A DNA stretch of 64,000 nt from an uncultured Bacteroidaceae bacterium (GCA_964420035.1 CAYQQR010000021.1:430-64429); one strand, 5' to 3'; shown: positions 48,370-57,377, counted from the stretch's first letter. Notes: generated from the sequence alone by a model not told the origin. A program made the numbers and translations.

Positions 48370-48939
48370 ATGAAGAAGAGAATCACCTTGCTGGGGATCC
48401 TGTTTCTGGCCGGCAGCATTTCGATCTGGGCCCAATTCACCTTTTTGGGTGCGGGAGCCGGCTACGGGTCCAAAATAGAACAGCCCGGCTTCCATGCCTA
48501 CGGGGTTTATTCTGTCAACGATCAGATCGACCTGGTTCCCAATATCACTTATTTTTTACCCAGGGAAATTGAACGGGAGAGCCTTCAACCCGGCGAAAAT
48601 GAGCAGGAATTTGCAACCGAATGGTGGAACATCAATTTTGACGGTCACTGGAACCCTATCGAAGAAGAATGGTACATGTTGTATGGATTGATGGGCTTGA
48701 ATTATTCCAATGTCCGCTGGGAAAAAAAGTATGAGATTAATTCCCGGGAATTCGATGAAGTCCGTACCAATGGCAATCTGGGTTTGAATATCGGGGCCGG
48801 AGCGCAGTTGAAACTCTCTGAAAAGATAGCCCCCTTTATACAAGGGAAATATACCCTGGGAGAACACGGGCAACTGGTTTTGTCCGGGGGCATCCTATTC
48901 CGTATTGCCCCCGACCGGGAACCCATAGTTGAAGAATAA
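48370..48939 (+). CDS. small outer-membrane beta-barrel protein
   Basis: Signal peptide and alternating beta-strand pattern. Paralogous architecture to the next gene. Confidence 0.5.
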   Translation: MKKRITLLGILFLAGSISIWAQFTFLGAGAGYGSKIEQPGFHAYGVYSVNDQIDLVPNITYFLPREIERESLQPGENEQEFATEWWNINFDGHWNPIEEEWYMLYGLMGLNYSNVRWEKKYEINSREFDEVRTNGNLGLNIGAGAQLKLSEKIAPFIQGKYTLGEHGQLVLSGGILFRIAPDREPIVEE

Positions 48940-48969
48940 CCAAGCCATCCTAATATACCCTTTAAACCT

Positions 48970-49572
48970 ATGAACAAGTTTATGATCAGATCCCTGATTT
49001 TTCTTCTTTTATCCTATGGGTTTGTTGCACAGGCTCAGGAATTCACCAGGATCGGAGGGGGGATCTTATTTAATGCCGGCATCGATGAAACCTACAGAGT
49101 TGACATCAATACCCGTGAATTCATTTTAGGGGCCAAACCCGGGAATACCGGTATCTGGGGAAGAGGTGTTCTGGAACTGACAGATGATTTTTATGCTGTT
49201 CCCCGGATTTCATTTTTCTTACCTAAAAAAGTCAATGTTGGAGCCGAAGGAGATCGAACCACTGTTTTAGCAGGTCTGGATCTTGACTTAACCTATGCCA
49301 TTGCCAAGGAAGGGGAGCTCATGTTTTATGCCCTCGCCGGATTGAGCACCGCATACATGCACAATAAATACGAAGGCTCCAATCCCCATCTCGAAAGCAC
49401 TTCTGTTTTTAACTTAGGCGCCAACATAGGAACCGGTGTGGAAATGATCGTCAACCGCGACATCACCGGAACGGCCCAGTTGCACTATACCATAGGCAAG
49501 CTTCAATACCTGGTGATCAGCATCGGGGCCAATTATTATATCTCGGGCAACCGCAGGGGAAGCCGGTGGTAA
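48970..49572 (+). CDS. small outer-membrane beta-barrel protein
   Basis: Signal peptide LLLSYGFVAQAQ and beta-strand pattern. Confidence 0.5.
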   Translation: MNKFMIRSLIFLLLSYGFVAQAQEFTRIGGGILFNAGIDETYRVDINTREFILGAKPGNTGIWGRGVLELTDDFYAVPRISFFLPKKVNVGAEGDRTTVLAGLDLDLTYAIAKEGELMFYALAGLSTAYMHNKYEGSNPHLESTSVFNLGANIGTGVEMIVNRDITGTAQLHYTIGKLQYLVISIGANYYISGNRRGSRW

Positions 49573-49587
49573 GGGGCCCGAAGAAAT

Positions 49588-51057
49588 TTATTCCGCCTTG
49601 GCTTTCGGGGCATATACCCGCAACCAGTCGATCTCCATGCCGGCCGGCAACTGGTGATCGGCAACCCCGTTGCTCACGCCTGCACTGAAGATCACATACA
49701 TGGGTTCCGAGGGGATACCCTGGGTCTGACTGAATACGGGTACATCGTTGATCTTCCATTCCAGCTTTTCCGGGGACCATTCCAGGGAATAGATGAAAAA
49801 ATCCTTGGCGAACCGGTTTGCCGAAGATTTGAAGGTCTTTTTATGTACCCCTTTCTTTTCGTTGATGTTGCCCCAGAAATTGCCCAGGTAGAGTTTATTC
49901 TTTTCCACCTTGAAGACATCCACATGGGGAAGTATCTTTTCAGCAACCATCCAGAAAGCTTGTTTGATGGGGGCCCCGGAGATTCTGACTTTGGCCTTGA
50001 ACAAACCGTATTGCTGGCGGAAACTTTTTCCGGTACTGATCAGATCGGAGGTGTAGTCAAAATCCTGTTCCAGGAAGCCCATGGCCGGGTTCCAGACTTT
50101 TCCGCGGGCCTTTTCCTTCTTGGTTACGATACGGAGCACCGTATCCTTGAACTCAAGGTTTTTACCATCGGTGAAGATGTGCTTGTCGGCAGGCAGGACA
50201 TAGTTATCCTTGAGCAATACATCGCCCCAGAAAAAGCGGGTAATCCACTTTTTAGCATCCAGTCTGTGCTGGTTGAAATTCTCTTCAAAGCTCAGTGTCC
50301 ACTGCTCCAGCTTGTCAAATTCATTCTTGTCCTTGATCTTTTCAAACCACTTGTGCTTATCGGAGTTTTTCAGATCGAGGTACTCCTGCTCCAGCTTATA
50401 TTCTTCAGATTGTTCGTATTTCTTCTGCGGTGAAAGGGCCATGTATTCTTTAACCTTCTTGAACTCATCGGAATCCAGATAAGCTTCCAGTTCGAGATAT
50501 TCTTTCAGGGTGTCCGAACCTTCGATGCTCTTGTATATTTGATAATCTTTCGAATTCTCGAATTTGAAATACTTTTTGATATCGGGTGATTTTTGCAGCT
50601 TCTGAAATTCTGCCTCTTTCTGACCCGCTTCGGTGTTCTTGAATTCCTTGGGGTCTGTATTTTTCTTAGCCTCCTTAAACTCATCTGAATTGACATACTT
50701 TCCCAGTTCGCGGAATTTCTTCAAGGTACCGGATGTGCTGAAATCCTGGAATGTCCGAAGGGCCGGGGAGTCCTTTACTTTCTTCCAGGTTTTGATCTCT
50801 TTGGATTTGCTGAGGGTCCTGTAGCGCTGTTCCTTCCTGTATTCCTTGGTGTCCTTGAACTTCTGCTGTTTGATTTCTTTGACCCTGGCTTTGAAACCGG
50901 ATGTGGTGACTTCCTGTTCCAGTTCACGCAGACGTTTCAGTTCCGGAGAATTACTGTAGGCTTTAAAATCTTCGTAGTCCTGCCTTAATGCAGCTTCTTC
51001 CTGCTCGATCTTGGAAGTGGCCGGGAACATGCCCAGCATAAACTTCAGGCTTGCCAT
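49588..51057 (-). CDS. GH16/ConA-like lectin-glucanase fold protein with charged helical-repeat N-terminal half
   Basis: C-terminal AFWMVAEKILPHVDVFKVE ... IYSLEWSPEKLEWKINDV ... IDWLRVY resembles the GH16 jelly roll. The N-terminal 250 aa are Lys/Glu-rich repeats. No signal peptide. Confidence 0.5.
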   Translation of the reverse strand: MASLKFMLGMFPATSKIEQEEAALRQDYEDFKAYSNSPELKRLRELEQEVTTSGFKARVKEIKQQKFKDTKEYRKEQRYRTLSKSKEIKTWKKVKDSPALRTFQDFSTSGTLKKFRELGKYVNSDEFKEAKKNTDPKEFKNTEAGQKEAEFQKLQKSPDIKKYFKFENSKDYQIYKSIEGSDTLKEYLELEAYLDSDEFKKVKEYMALSPQKKYEQSEEYKLEQEYLDLKNSDKHKWFEKIKDKNEFDKLEQWTLSFEENFNQHRLDAKKWITRFFWGDVLLKDNYVLPADKHIFTDGKNLEFKDTVLRIVTKKEKARGKVWNPAMGFLEQDFDYTSDLISTGKSFRQQYGLFKAKVRISGAPIKQAFWMVAEKILPHVDVFKVEKNKLYLGNFWGNINEKKGVHKKTFKSSANRFAKDFFIYSLEWSPEKLEWKINDVPVFSQTQGIPSEPMYVIFSAGVSNGVADHQLPAGMEIDWLRVYAPKAKAE

Positions 51058-51160
51058 ATTTAAGGTTGCTTGGTTTTGATATAAAAGTACGGTAAATATA
51101 ATGCTTTGTTACAGATGGATACAAGAAATCCATTCAAACCAAGTAAAGTTAAGAAAAATG

Positions 51161-51195
51161 ATTAAAAATTGCGGATTGCGAATTGCGGATTGCGG
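51161..51195. repeat. heptamer array (attaaaa attgcgg attgcga attgcgg attgcgg)
   Basis: Read directly. Spacer between the GH16-like gene start and the C1q-like gene stop. Confidence 0.75.
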
Positions 51196-51309
51196 TGTAT
51201 TAATAGATCCGGTAGGCGGCGAAGGCACCGGTACCACAGAAGTTCGGCTTCGCCTGTTGCTCGCTTTGCCCTCTGAAGCTTCAGCGTGGGAGGGCTGCGC
51301 TGTCACCGT

Positions 51310-51333
51310 GTGTCTCAGCGTCTCATTGTCTCA
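51310..51333. repeat. octamer array (gtgtctca gcgtctca ttgtctca)
   Basis: Read directly. Ends 3 nt from the C1q-like gene stop codon. Confidence 0.65.
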
Positions 51334-51336
51334 ATA

Positions 51337-52623
51337 CTAAAACAATTTATATCCGGAGAAGATACCAGCTTTGCAGAATGTATTTGTCGATGCATTTAAT
51401 TGCACTGCAACTTCATCTCCCGGATTTAATTCCAGCATAGTCTGAAATGTTTGTACACCGCTTAAGGAACCATTCATTCCTTCAAATATTGTTTCATTGA
51501 CATTGTTGTTGACAAGTATCTTCAAAGTATGATTATCAGCAAAAGAATAAATGATATTAAAGACATATGTTCCCCCTCCATTTGATGGGACTTTGAAAAC
51601 GCCGGAAAGAACATCGTAATTATCATTAATATCGATTAATTCATTATTCCAAATTAATGTGACCGAATCACCTGCAGATATGGGAATGGTTCCGCTCTCT
51701 TTTTTTGCCCTGAAGGCGACTTTGGGGGAGGCGATATCGATGGTGTTGCCCTGTGAGATGCTCAGCATGGTGCCGTCCAGGGACAGGGATTGTAATTCAT
51801 TGGTGGTATCGGTATCGGCAACAACCTGGTTACCCCCGCTTATGGAGATGCGGTTTCCATCGGTGTGCAGGGTTTGGGCATCGGTGTTGTCGAGGTAGGG
51901 ACCCAGGTCGATGTAGGTTGGATCTCGGAGGTCTGTGATACGCAGCTTATTTCCCACCAGGCGCAGGTCCTGCAGTTCGTTGGTAGAGTCGGCATCGGCA
52001 TCGGCCACATTCAGGGTCACGGCATTGCCGCCCGAGATCGACAGGACCTTGTCTTCCAGGGAAAGGTTTTGCAATTCATTAAACGGATTGGCATCGGCAT
52101 CTTCGTAACGATCAGGCAGTATCACGGTATTGCCCCCGCTGATGGTAAGTTCATGCCCTTCAATGGAAAGAATCTGGCTGTTGCCACCGCTCCCGCTGCT
52201 GGCAGCGACACCGGAATACAAAGCGTAAGGCACCGAGAAGAACTGGGAAGTTCCCATAGCAATCCAATCCGATCCGTCCTGCATTTCCACTTTCAGGAAA
52301 GTGGGCTGGTTCCAGGCAATCTGTGAAAAATCCTTTACCCGGCCTTCCCTGAAGGAGCCCTCACCGATGACCAGGGTAAACAGACCGAACCGGTTGGTGG
52401 TGACCGCATGCAATTCAGAGTATTCAAGGGTACCGGATGAACTGCCGCTGAGAATGCTGATCTTCAGGGTTATGGAAGCATTGGCCATCTCATTGCCCAT
52501 GCCATCACGGGCCACGGCCTGGTAGGAAATACCCTGCGGTACATCCTGTGCCTGAAGGAAGAAAGCCGGAAATGCCAGCAGCATAAACAGCGCTATGCCT
52601 TTTATGTCATAAAAAAACTTCAT
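51337..52623 (-). CDS. secreted repeat protein with C-terminal C1q/TNF-like domain
   Basis: Signal peptide. Three NELQ-L-L...LSISGGN-V repeats. C-terminal VAFRAKK ... SGVFKVPSNGGGTYVFN ... LELNPGDEVAVQL ... IFSGYKLF matches C1q-domain hallmarks. Confidence 0.55.
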   Translation of the reverse strand: MKFFYDIKGIALFMLLAFPAFFLQAQDVPQGISYQAVARDGMGNEMANASITLKISILSGSSSGTLEYSELHAVTTNRFGLFTLVIGEGSFREGRVKDFSQIAWNQPTFLKVEMQDGSDWIAMGTSQFFSVPYALYSGVAASSGSGGNSQILSIEGHELTISGGNTVILPDRYEDADANPFNELQNLSLEDKVLSISGGNAVTLNVADADADSTNELQDLRLVGNKLRITDLRDPTYIDLGPYLDNTDAQTLHTDGNRISISGGNQVVADTDTTNELQSLSLDGTMLSISQGNTIDIASPKVAFRAKKESGTIPISAGDSVTLIWNNELIDINDNYDVLSGVFKVPSNGGGTYVFNIIYSFADNHTLKILVNNNVNETIFEGMNGSLSGVQTFQTMLELNPGDEVAVQLNASTNTFCKAGIFSGYKLF

Positions 52624-52625
52624 GA

Positions 52626-53108
52626 CTACATTTTTTCAATCTTCAGGGTTCGGCTCATCCTGCCGTATTCCGAGTGTATATGAAGCAGGTAAACGCCCTG
52701 GTTGAACCTGCCGAAATCAATGGACCGGGTTCCGGAAGCGATGCTTTCCAGTCTTTGTTCCAATATTTTCCGCCCCATGATGTCATATAGCACTATCCGG
52801 TAGGAAGTGGTCTCCTTTATGCCAAATTCAAGGATCAGTTGATCCCGAACCGGGTTGGGATATACATTGATGAAATCTTCAGCGGGTGCCGCTACCTTTA
52901 TGGAAGGTTGCTGAAATCCCTGGGTCAAAACAAAGCTTTCTCTTTCCAGGGTCATCACCACCGGTTCCCCAAGGGCATAACTGAAAGAGCCTGAAGGATG
53001 ATCGGAGACCAGGGCATTGGTTGAAATGACCGAACGCGTAATGAACTGCGCGATAAGCATATTATTAACAATAAATAGTGCAAAATATGTTAATAAAATC
53101 CTGGCCAT
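52626..53108 (-). CDS. small T9SS type A sorting-domain protein
   Basis: C-terminal VYPNPVRDQLILEF ... VLYDIMGRKILEQ ... GVYLLHI ... LKIEK pattern of the Por/T9SS C-terminal domain. Confidence 0.7.
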   Translation of the reverse strand: MARILLTYFALFIVNNMLIAQFITRSVISTNALVSDHPSGSFSYALGEPVVMTLERESFVLTQGFQQPSIKVAAPAEDFINVYPNPVRDQLILEFGIKETTSYRIVLYDIMGRKILEQRLESIASGTRSIDFGRFNQGVYLLHIHSEYGRMSRTLKIEKM

Positions 53109-53295
53109 TTATTTGTTTTTAACAAAAACCGCATTCAAATGTAAGTAATTTCTTTAAATAATGTTAATAATAACCACATTTTTAGATGTTTATCGTAAAT
53201 TATGCTCTTGGAGATATTGAATTTTCCTGTTTTCCGGAATTCACAATAAATTCATCAGGAATCTTGATTTTCAGAACCCATAAAATTATTACATC

Positions 53296-54984
53296 ATGCT
53301 GAAGTACTGGATTGCAAGTTTAGGATTGGGCTTTCTGTTGGTTTCTTTGAAGGCCCAGGACCGTATCACGGGCAGAAACTTCGCCTCCCGCGGCGAGGTT
53401 ATCGCGGCGCGTGGAATGGCAGCCACCAGTCAGCCCCTGGCCACCCAGGTTGCACTGGATATATTAAAGGCTGGAGGGAGTGCCGTGGATGCGGCCATTG
53501 CTGCCAATGCCATGCTGGGTTTGGTGGAACCCACCGGTTGCGGGATCGGGGGAGACCTCTTTGCCATCGTATGGGACGCGAAAACCGAAAAGCTTTATGG
53601 CTTGAATGCATCTGGTCGTTCTCCCCGGAATCTGACCCTGGAATATTTCATTCAGCAGGGCTATGAAAAGATCCCGGCTTACGGGCCCCTTCCTGTTTCG
53701 GTTCCCGGCTGCGTGGATGGTTGGTTCGAATTGCACAATAAATTCGGAAAACTGGATATGGAACAGGTACTTGCACCGGCCATACAATATGCGCGTGAGG
53801 GATTTCCGGTTTCGGAGCTGATCGCCTATTACATGCGCCTGAGTTCATACCGGCTGCGAGAATATCCGGGTTTCAGGGAAACTTACATGCCCGGGGGCAA
53901 AACAGCAGAAAAGGGTGAGATCTTTAAAAATCCTTTTCTGGCAGATACTTATGAGCGGCTGGCACAGGAGGGGCGGGACATTTTTTATAAAGGAGTGCTT
54001 GCCCGCGTTATTGCCGGGCACGTGCAGGAACAGGGAGGTTTTCTGAGCTATGAGGACATGGCCGCTCACCACTCGGAGTGGGTCGAGCCGGTTTCCACCA
54101 CCTACCGGGGCTGTGAAGTCTGGGAGTTGCCACCCAACGGTCAGGGTATTGCTGCCCTTCAGATTTTGAATATCCTGGAGGGATACGACATTGCATCCAT
54201 GGGTTTTGGCAGTGCGGAGTACATCCATCATTTTGTGGAGGCCAAGAAGCTGGCTTACGAGGACCGGGCAAAATATTATGCCGACCCGGCATTCAATGAG
54301 CTACCTGTAAAGGAGCTGATCTCAAAGGGATATGCGGATAAAAGAAGAACTTTAATCGGGGACCGTGCTGCCTATTCATATCCGGCAGGAAAATTGGATC
54401 ATGGAGAAACCATTTACCTGACCACTGCCGATAAAGAGGGGAACATGGTTTCTTTGATACAAAGCAATTACAGGGGTATGGGCTCAGGGATAATCCCGGA
54501 TCAACTGGGATTCATTTTGCAGGACCGCGGAGAGTTGTTCAGTCTGGAAGATGGACATTACAATGTCTATGAACCCGGGAAAAGGCCTTTTCATACGATC
54601 ATTCCCTGTTTCGTCACGCGTGATGGCAAGCCGTGGATGAGTTTTGGGGTCATGGGGGGCGGCATGCAGCCCCAGGGACATGTACAGGTCCTGGTGAATA
54701 TGATCGATTTTGGGATGCATTTGCAGGAAGCGGGGGATGCGCCCAGGATACATCACGTAGGTTCTTCGCAACCCACGGGCGGGAAGATGAACGATGGAGG
54801 CTGGGTGCAGCTGGAAAGCGGTATCGACTATGAGGTTATCCGGGAACTCATGAAACGGGGTCACCGGATCAAATTTGACCTGGGTGGATACGGGGGATAC
54901 CAGGCCATTATGTTTGATGCCAAAGAGGGCGTGTACTACGGGGCTTCGGAGTCGAGAAAGGATGGTATGGCCGCGGGGTACTAG
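53296..54984 (+). CDS. ggt: gamma-glutamyltransferase
   Basis: 562 aa. Autoprocessing-site context GETIYLTTADKEGN and GGGMQPQG motif. Confidence 0.9.
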   Translation: MLKYWIASLGLGFLLVSLKAQDRITGRNFASRGEVIAARGMAATSQPLATQVALDILKAGGSAVDAAIAANAMLGLVEPTGCGIGGDLFAIVWDAKTEKLYGLNASGRSPRNLTLEYFIQQGYEKIPAYGPLPVSVPGCVDGWFELHNKFGKLDMEQVLAPAIQYAREGFPVSELIAYYMRLSSYRLREYPGFRETYMPGGKTAEKGEIFKNPFLADTYERLAQEGRDIFYKGVLARVIAGHVQEQGGFLSYEDMAAHHSEWVEPVSTTYRGCEVWELPPNGQGIAALQILNILEGYDIASMGFGSAEYIHHFVEAKKLAYEDRAKYYADPAFNELPVKELISKGYADKRRTLIGDRAAYSYPAGKLDHGETIYLTTADKEGNMVSLIQSNYRGMGSGIIPDQLGFILQDRGELFSLEDGHYNVYEPGKRPFHTIIPCFVTRDGKPWMSFGVMGGGMQPQGHVQVLVNMIDFGMHLQEAGDAPRIHHVGSSQPTGGKMNDGGWVQLESGIDYEVIRELMKRGHRIKFDLGGYGGYQAIMFDAKEGVYYGASESRKDGMAAGY

Positions 54985-55019
54985 CCACTGGTTTCTGGCT
55001 ACTGGTTTCTGGTTTCCTG
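54985..55019. repeat. heptamer array (ccactgg tttctgg ctactgg tttctgg tttcctg)
   Basis: Read directly. Fills the convergent ggt / THX spacer. Confidence 0.75.
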
Positions 55020-55025
55020 ACCAGA

Positions 55026-55649
55026 CTATTCTTCTTTTTTCTTTTCTGAAGATTTCTTGGTGTCCGCCTTGGGTTCTTCCTTTAAAGCTTCGGTTGCTGG
55101 TTTCTCCTTCTTGCCGGAAGTATCTTCTTTCTTTGCTTCCTCTTTCTTTACTTCTGGTTTCTCTTTTTTACTGCCGCTGCCTCCTGCCGCTACCTCCTTG
55201 TCCTCCGTAGACTTGGCGGAGGAGGATTTCTTTGCCTTTTCTTTCTCAGGTTCTTCTTTTTTGGTTTCCTCTTTTTTCGCTTCCTCTTCCTTCACCTCTG
55301 TTTGCTTATCCTCCGCTTTCTCTTTTTTATCTGCTACTTTCTCTTTCTTACTGCCGCTGCCTTTTGCCACTGCCTCCTTGTCCTCCGAAGCCTTGGCGGA
55401 GGAGGGCTTTTCCTTTGCAGCCTTGGAAATAGTTGTTGCTTCTTCTTTCTGTACAGCTGCTTCCTGAGCTTTGGCTTTTTCCTGGGCTTTTTCTTCTTTC
55501 TTGGGTTCCGGTTTCTTATGTTCCTGTTTGGCCTTAGGTTTTTCAGGAGCAGGAACCTGGTGGTCTTTTTTCTTTTTGCGCGGGCGGGTTTTACCATAGG
55601 TCCCGGCAAACAATTTTCCCCGTCTGGTCTTGATATCGCCTTTTCCCAT
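55026..55649 (-). CDS. ribosomal protein bTHX homologue with long Lys/Glu/Ala-rich C-terminal extension
   Basis: N-terminus MGKGDIKTRRGKLFAGTYGKTRPRKKKK matches the THX signature. The following ~175 aa are low-complexity with a 60-aa internal duplication. Confidence 0.65.
   Translation of the reverse strand: MGKGDIKTRRGKLFAGTYGKTRPRKKKKDHQVPAPEKPKAKQEHKKPEPKKEEKAQEKAKAQEAAVQKEEATTISKAAKEKPSSAKASEDKEAVAKGSGSKKEKVADKKEKAEDKQTEVKEEEAKKEETKKEEPEKEKAKKSSSAKSTEDKEVAAGGSGSKKEKPEVKKEEAKKEDTSGKKEKPATEALKEEPKADTKKSSEKKKEE
55161..55215 (-). repeat. copy 2 of a 180-nt-period intragenic duplication in the THX-tail coding region
   Basis: ctcttttttactgccgctgcctcctgccgctacctccttgtcctccgtagacttggcggaggagg versus the copy at 55341. 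Encodes SSAKSTEDKEVAAGGSGSKKEK. Confidence 0.8.
55341..55395 (-). repeat. copy 1 of a 180-nt-period intragenic duplication in the THX-tail coding region
   Basis: ctctttcttactgccgctgccttttgccactgcctccttgtcctccgaagccttggcggaggagg. Encodes SSAKASEDKEAVAKGSGSKKEK. Confidence 0.8.
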
Positions 55650-55697
55650 AATATTTTCTGTTAAGTGATTCTGAAAAGAAGCCTAAAGATAAGAATT

Positions 55698-55759
55698 ATC
55701 ACCCAATCTCAGAATCACTCGATCACCCGATCGTTAAAATAAAAAATCAATAAATCAAT
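55698..55759. repeat. octamer array, 7 of 8 units start with ATC (atcaccca atctcaga atcactcg atcacccg atcgttaa aataaaaa atcaataa atcaattt)
   Basis: Read directly. Spacer between the susD-like stop and the THX-like start. Confidence 0.75.
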
Positions 55760-57358
55760 TTACCACCCCGGATTTTGTTCCAGCTTACCCCCGTTGATAT
55801 CTATTTCAGCACGGGGGATGGGCATAAATTCATGCCGCCCGGAAATAAAATCCTGGATATAATCAGACGGGTTCGCCCAGTCATCCTCACCGGGAACATC
55901 ATCAGAAGGGTCGATGTCGTAGGCTCCCGACCAGCGGATCAGGTCAAAGACCCTCAGGCATTCGAAACAAAATTCAATGGAGCGCTCAACGATGATATCA
56001 TCCTTGGTGATGTTGGTTTTAGCGGGCATTCCGGCTCTTTCCCTGATCATATTGAAATACTGGTCGGCTTCGTTCTGGTTATCCAACTGCAATGCTGCTT
56101 CTGCATACATCATTAAAACATCGGCATAACGGATTATCCGCCAGTTGTTGGGGTCCACATAGGGAGCGGATTCATAGTTATAGACCGGAAAGCAATACTT
56201 CTTCAGTCCGTAGCCTTCCCAGTAATTGGCATTGGAGTGGACCTTCCAGTCATAATAGACAGGATCCGCATCCGTGGGAGCTTTAAAATATTCCAGGCTG
56301 TCCCCGTCCAGGTAAATACTGGCATAGAACCGGGGATCCCTGTTCATTCCCGTAGGATGCGTGGTCGTCGTTTCAAATTGTTCGGCGAAATCGGCCGTGG
56401 GCACCACATTTCTCCATCCCGTGATCCCGAAGTAGGTGCTGTAAACCGATCCATTGCATCCGTAACCGGGAATATATCGGTTCCAATAGGTCTGGTCGTT
56501 GTTGTTCTGAACCTCGAGAACCGATTCCTGGTTGTTTTCTGCAATATAGGTGTTGCCGGCAAAGGTGGCCAGGTTCAGGGCTGTGAAATTACACAGGTAG
56601 GCTTTTATGTAATCGCTGGAATCATTACCCCGAGGCATGCTCAGTGAATACACCCCCAGGTCGATTACTTCTCCCAAATAGTAATAGGCAGAGTCCCATT
56701 TTTGCTGGTAGAGGTAGAATTTTCCCAGTTGTGCCAGGGCGGCTCCGCGGGTTGCCCGGCCCAGATCATCCGGGCCGTAAGTCACCGGTAAGAGACTGGC
56801 TGCTTCCAGCAAATCAGCGGGAATGACATTATAAAATTCTTCCCTCGGGGAATTGGCATACTGGGTTTCCGGGGGATCATTGAGCACGTCTTCCAGGACC
56901 AGCGGAGGTTCCTTAAAGATGATGGTAGCGTAAAAATTATAAAGGCCCCTTAAAAACAAAGCCTCGCCGCGTAAACGGTCCTTAAGATTTTCGTCCATTT
57001 TAATACCGGGCAGTTCGAGCAGTATTTTATTGCAGGCCGCAATGCCCCTGTAGATGTATGTCCACATGGCCTGTACACGGCCGTCGCTGGCATCGAAGGT
57101 CATTCGTTCATAAACGGCATTTTCATGTATGCTATGATCGCTCATGGCGTAATAAAGAAATTGCAGATCGACACCATACAAACCGGCACCTTTAATGCCA
57201 TCATAACAAGAAGTTATCGCTGCTATGGCTTCTTCCTCGCTGTTAAAGGCATTACTTTCCGCAATGGCACTTTTTTGCTCTATGTCCAGAAAATCCTCAG
57301 AGCAGGCAGAAAAAGCAAGCAGCAAAACAAAACTGATTATATAACTGATATTTTTCAT
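55760..57358 (-). CDS. RagB/SusD family nutrient-binding outer-membrane lipoprotein
   Basis: Lipoprotein signal LLLAFSACSE and SusD-like TPR-rich sequence. Immediately downstream of susC-like gene. Confidence 0.85.
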   Translation of the reverse strand: MKNISYIISFVLLLAFSACSEDFLDIEQKSAIAESNAFNSEEEAIAAITSCYDGIKGAGLYGVDLQFLYYAMSDHSIHENAVYERMTFDASDGRVQAMWTYIYRGIAACNKILLELPGIKMDENLKDRLRGEALFLRGLYNFYATIIFKEPPLVLEDVLNDPPETQYANSPREEFYNVIPADLLEAASLLPVTYGPDDLGRATRGAALAQLGKFYLYQQKWDSAYYYLGEVIDLGVYSLSMPRGNDSSDYIKAYLCNFTALNLATFAGNTYIAENNQESVLEVQNNNDQTYWNRYIPGYGCNGSVYSTYFGITGWRNVVPTADFAEQFETTTTHPTGMNRDPRFYASIYLDGDSLEYFKAPTDADPVYYDWKVHSNANYWEGYGLKKYCFPVYNYESAPYVDPNNWRIIRYADVLMMYAEAALQLDNQNEADQYFNMIRERAGMPAKTNITKDDIIVERSIEFCFECLRVFDLIRWSGAYDIDPSDDVPGEDDWANPSDYIQDFISGRHEFMPIPRAEIDINGGKLEQNPGW

Positions 57359-57377
57359 TGTTCCTGTTTTTATGTCA

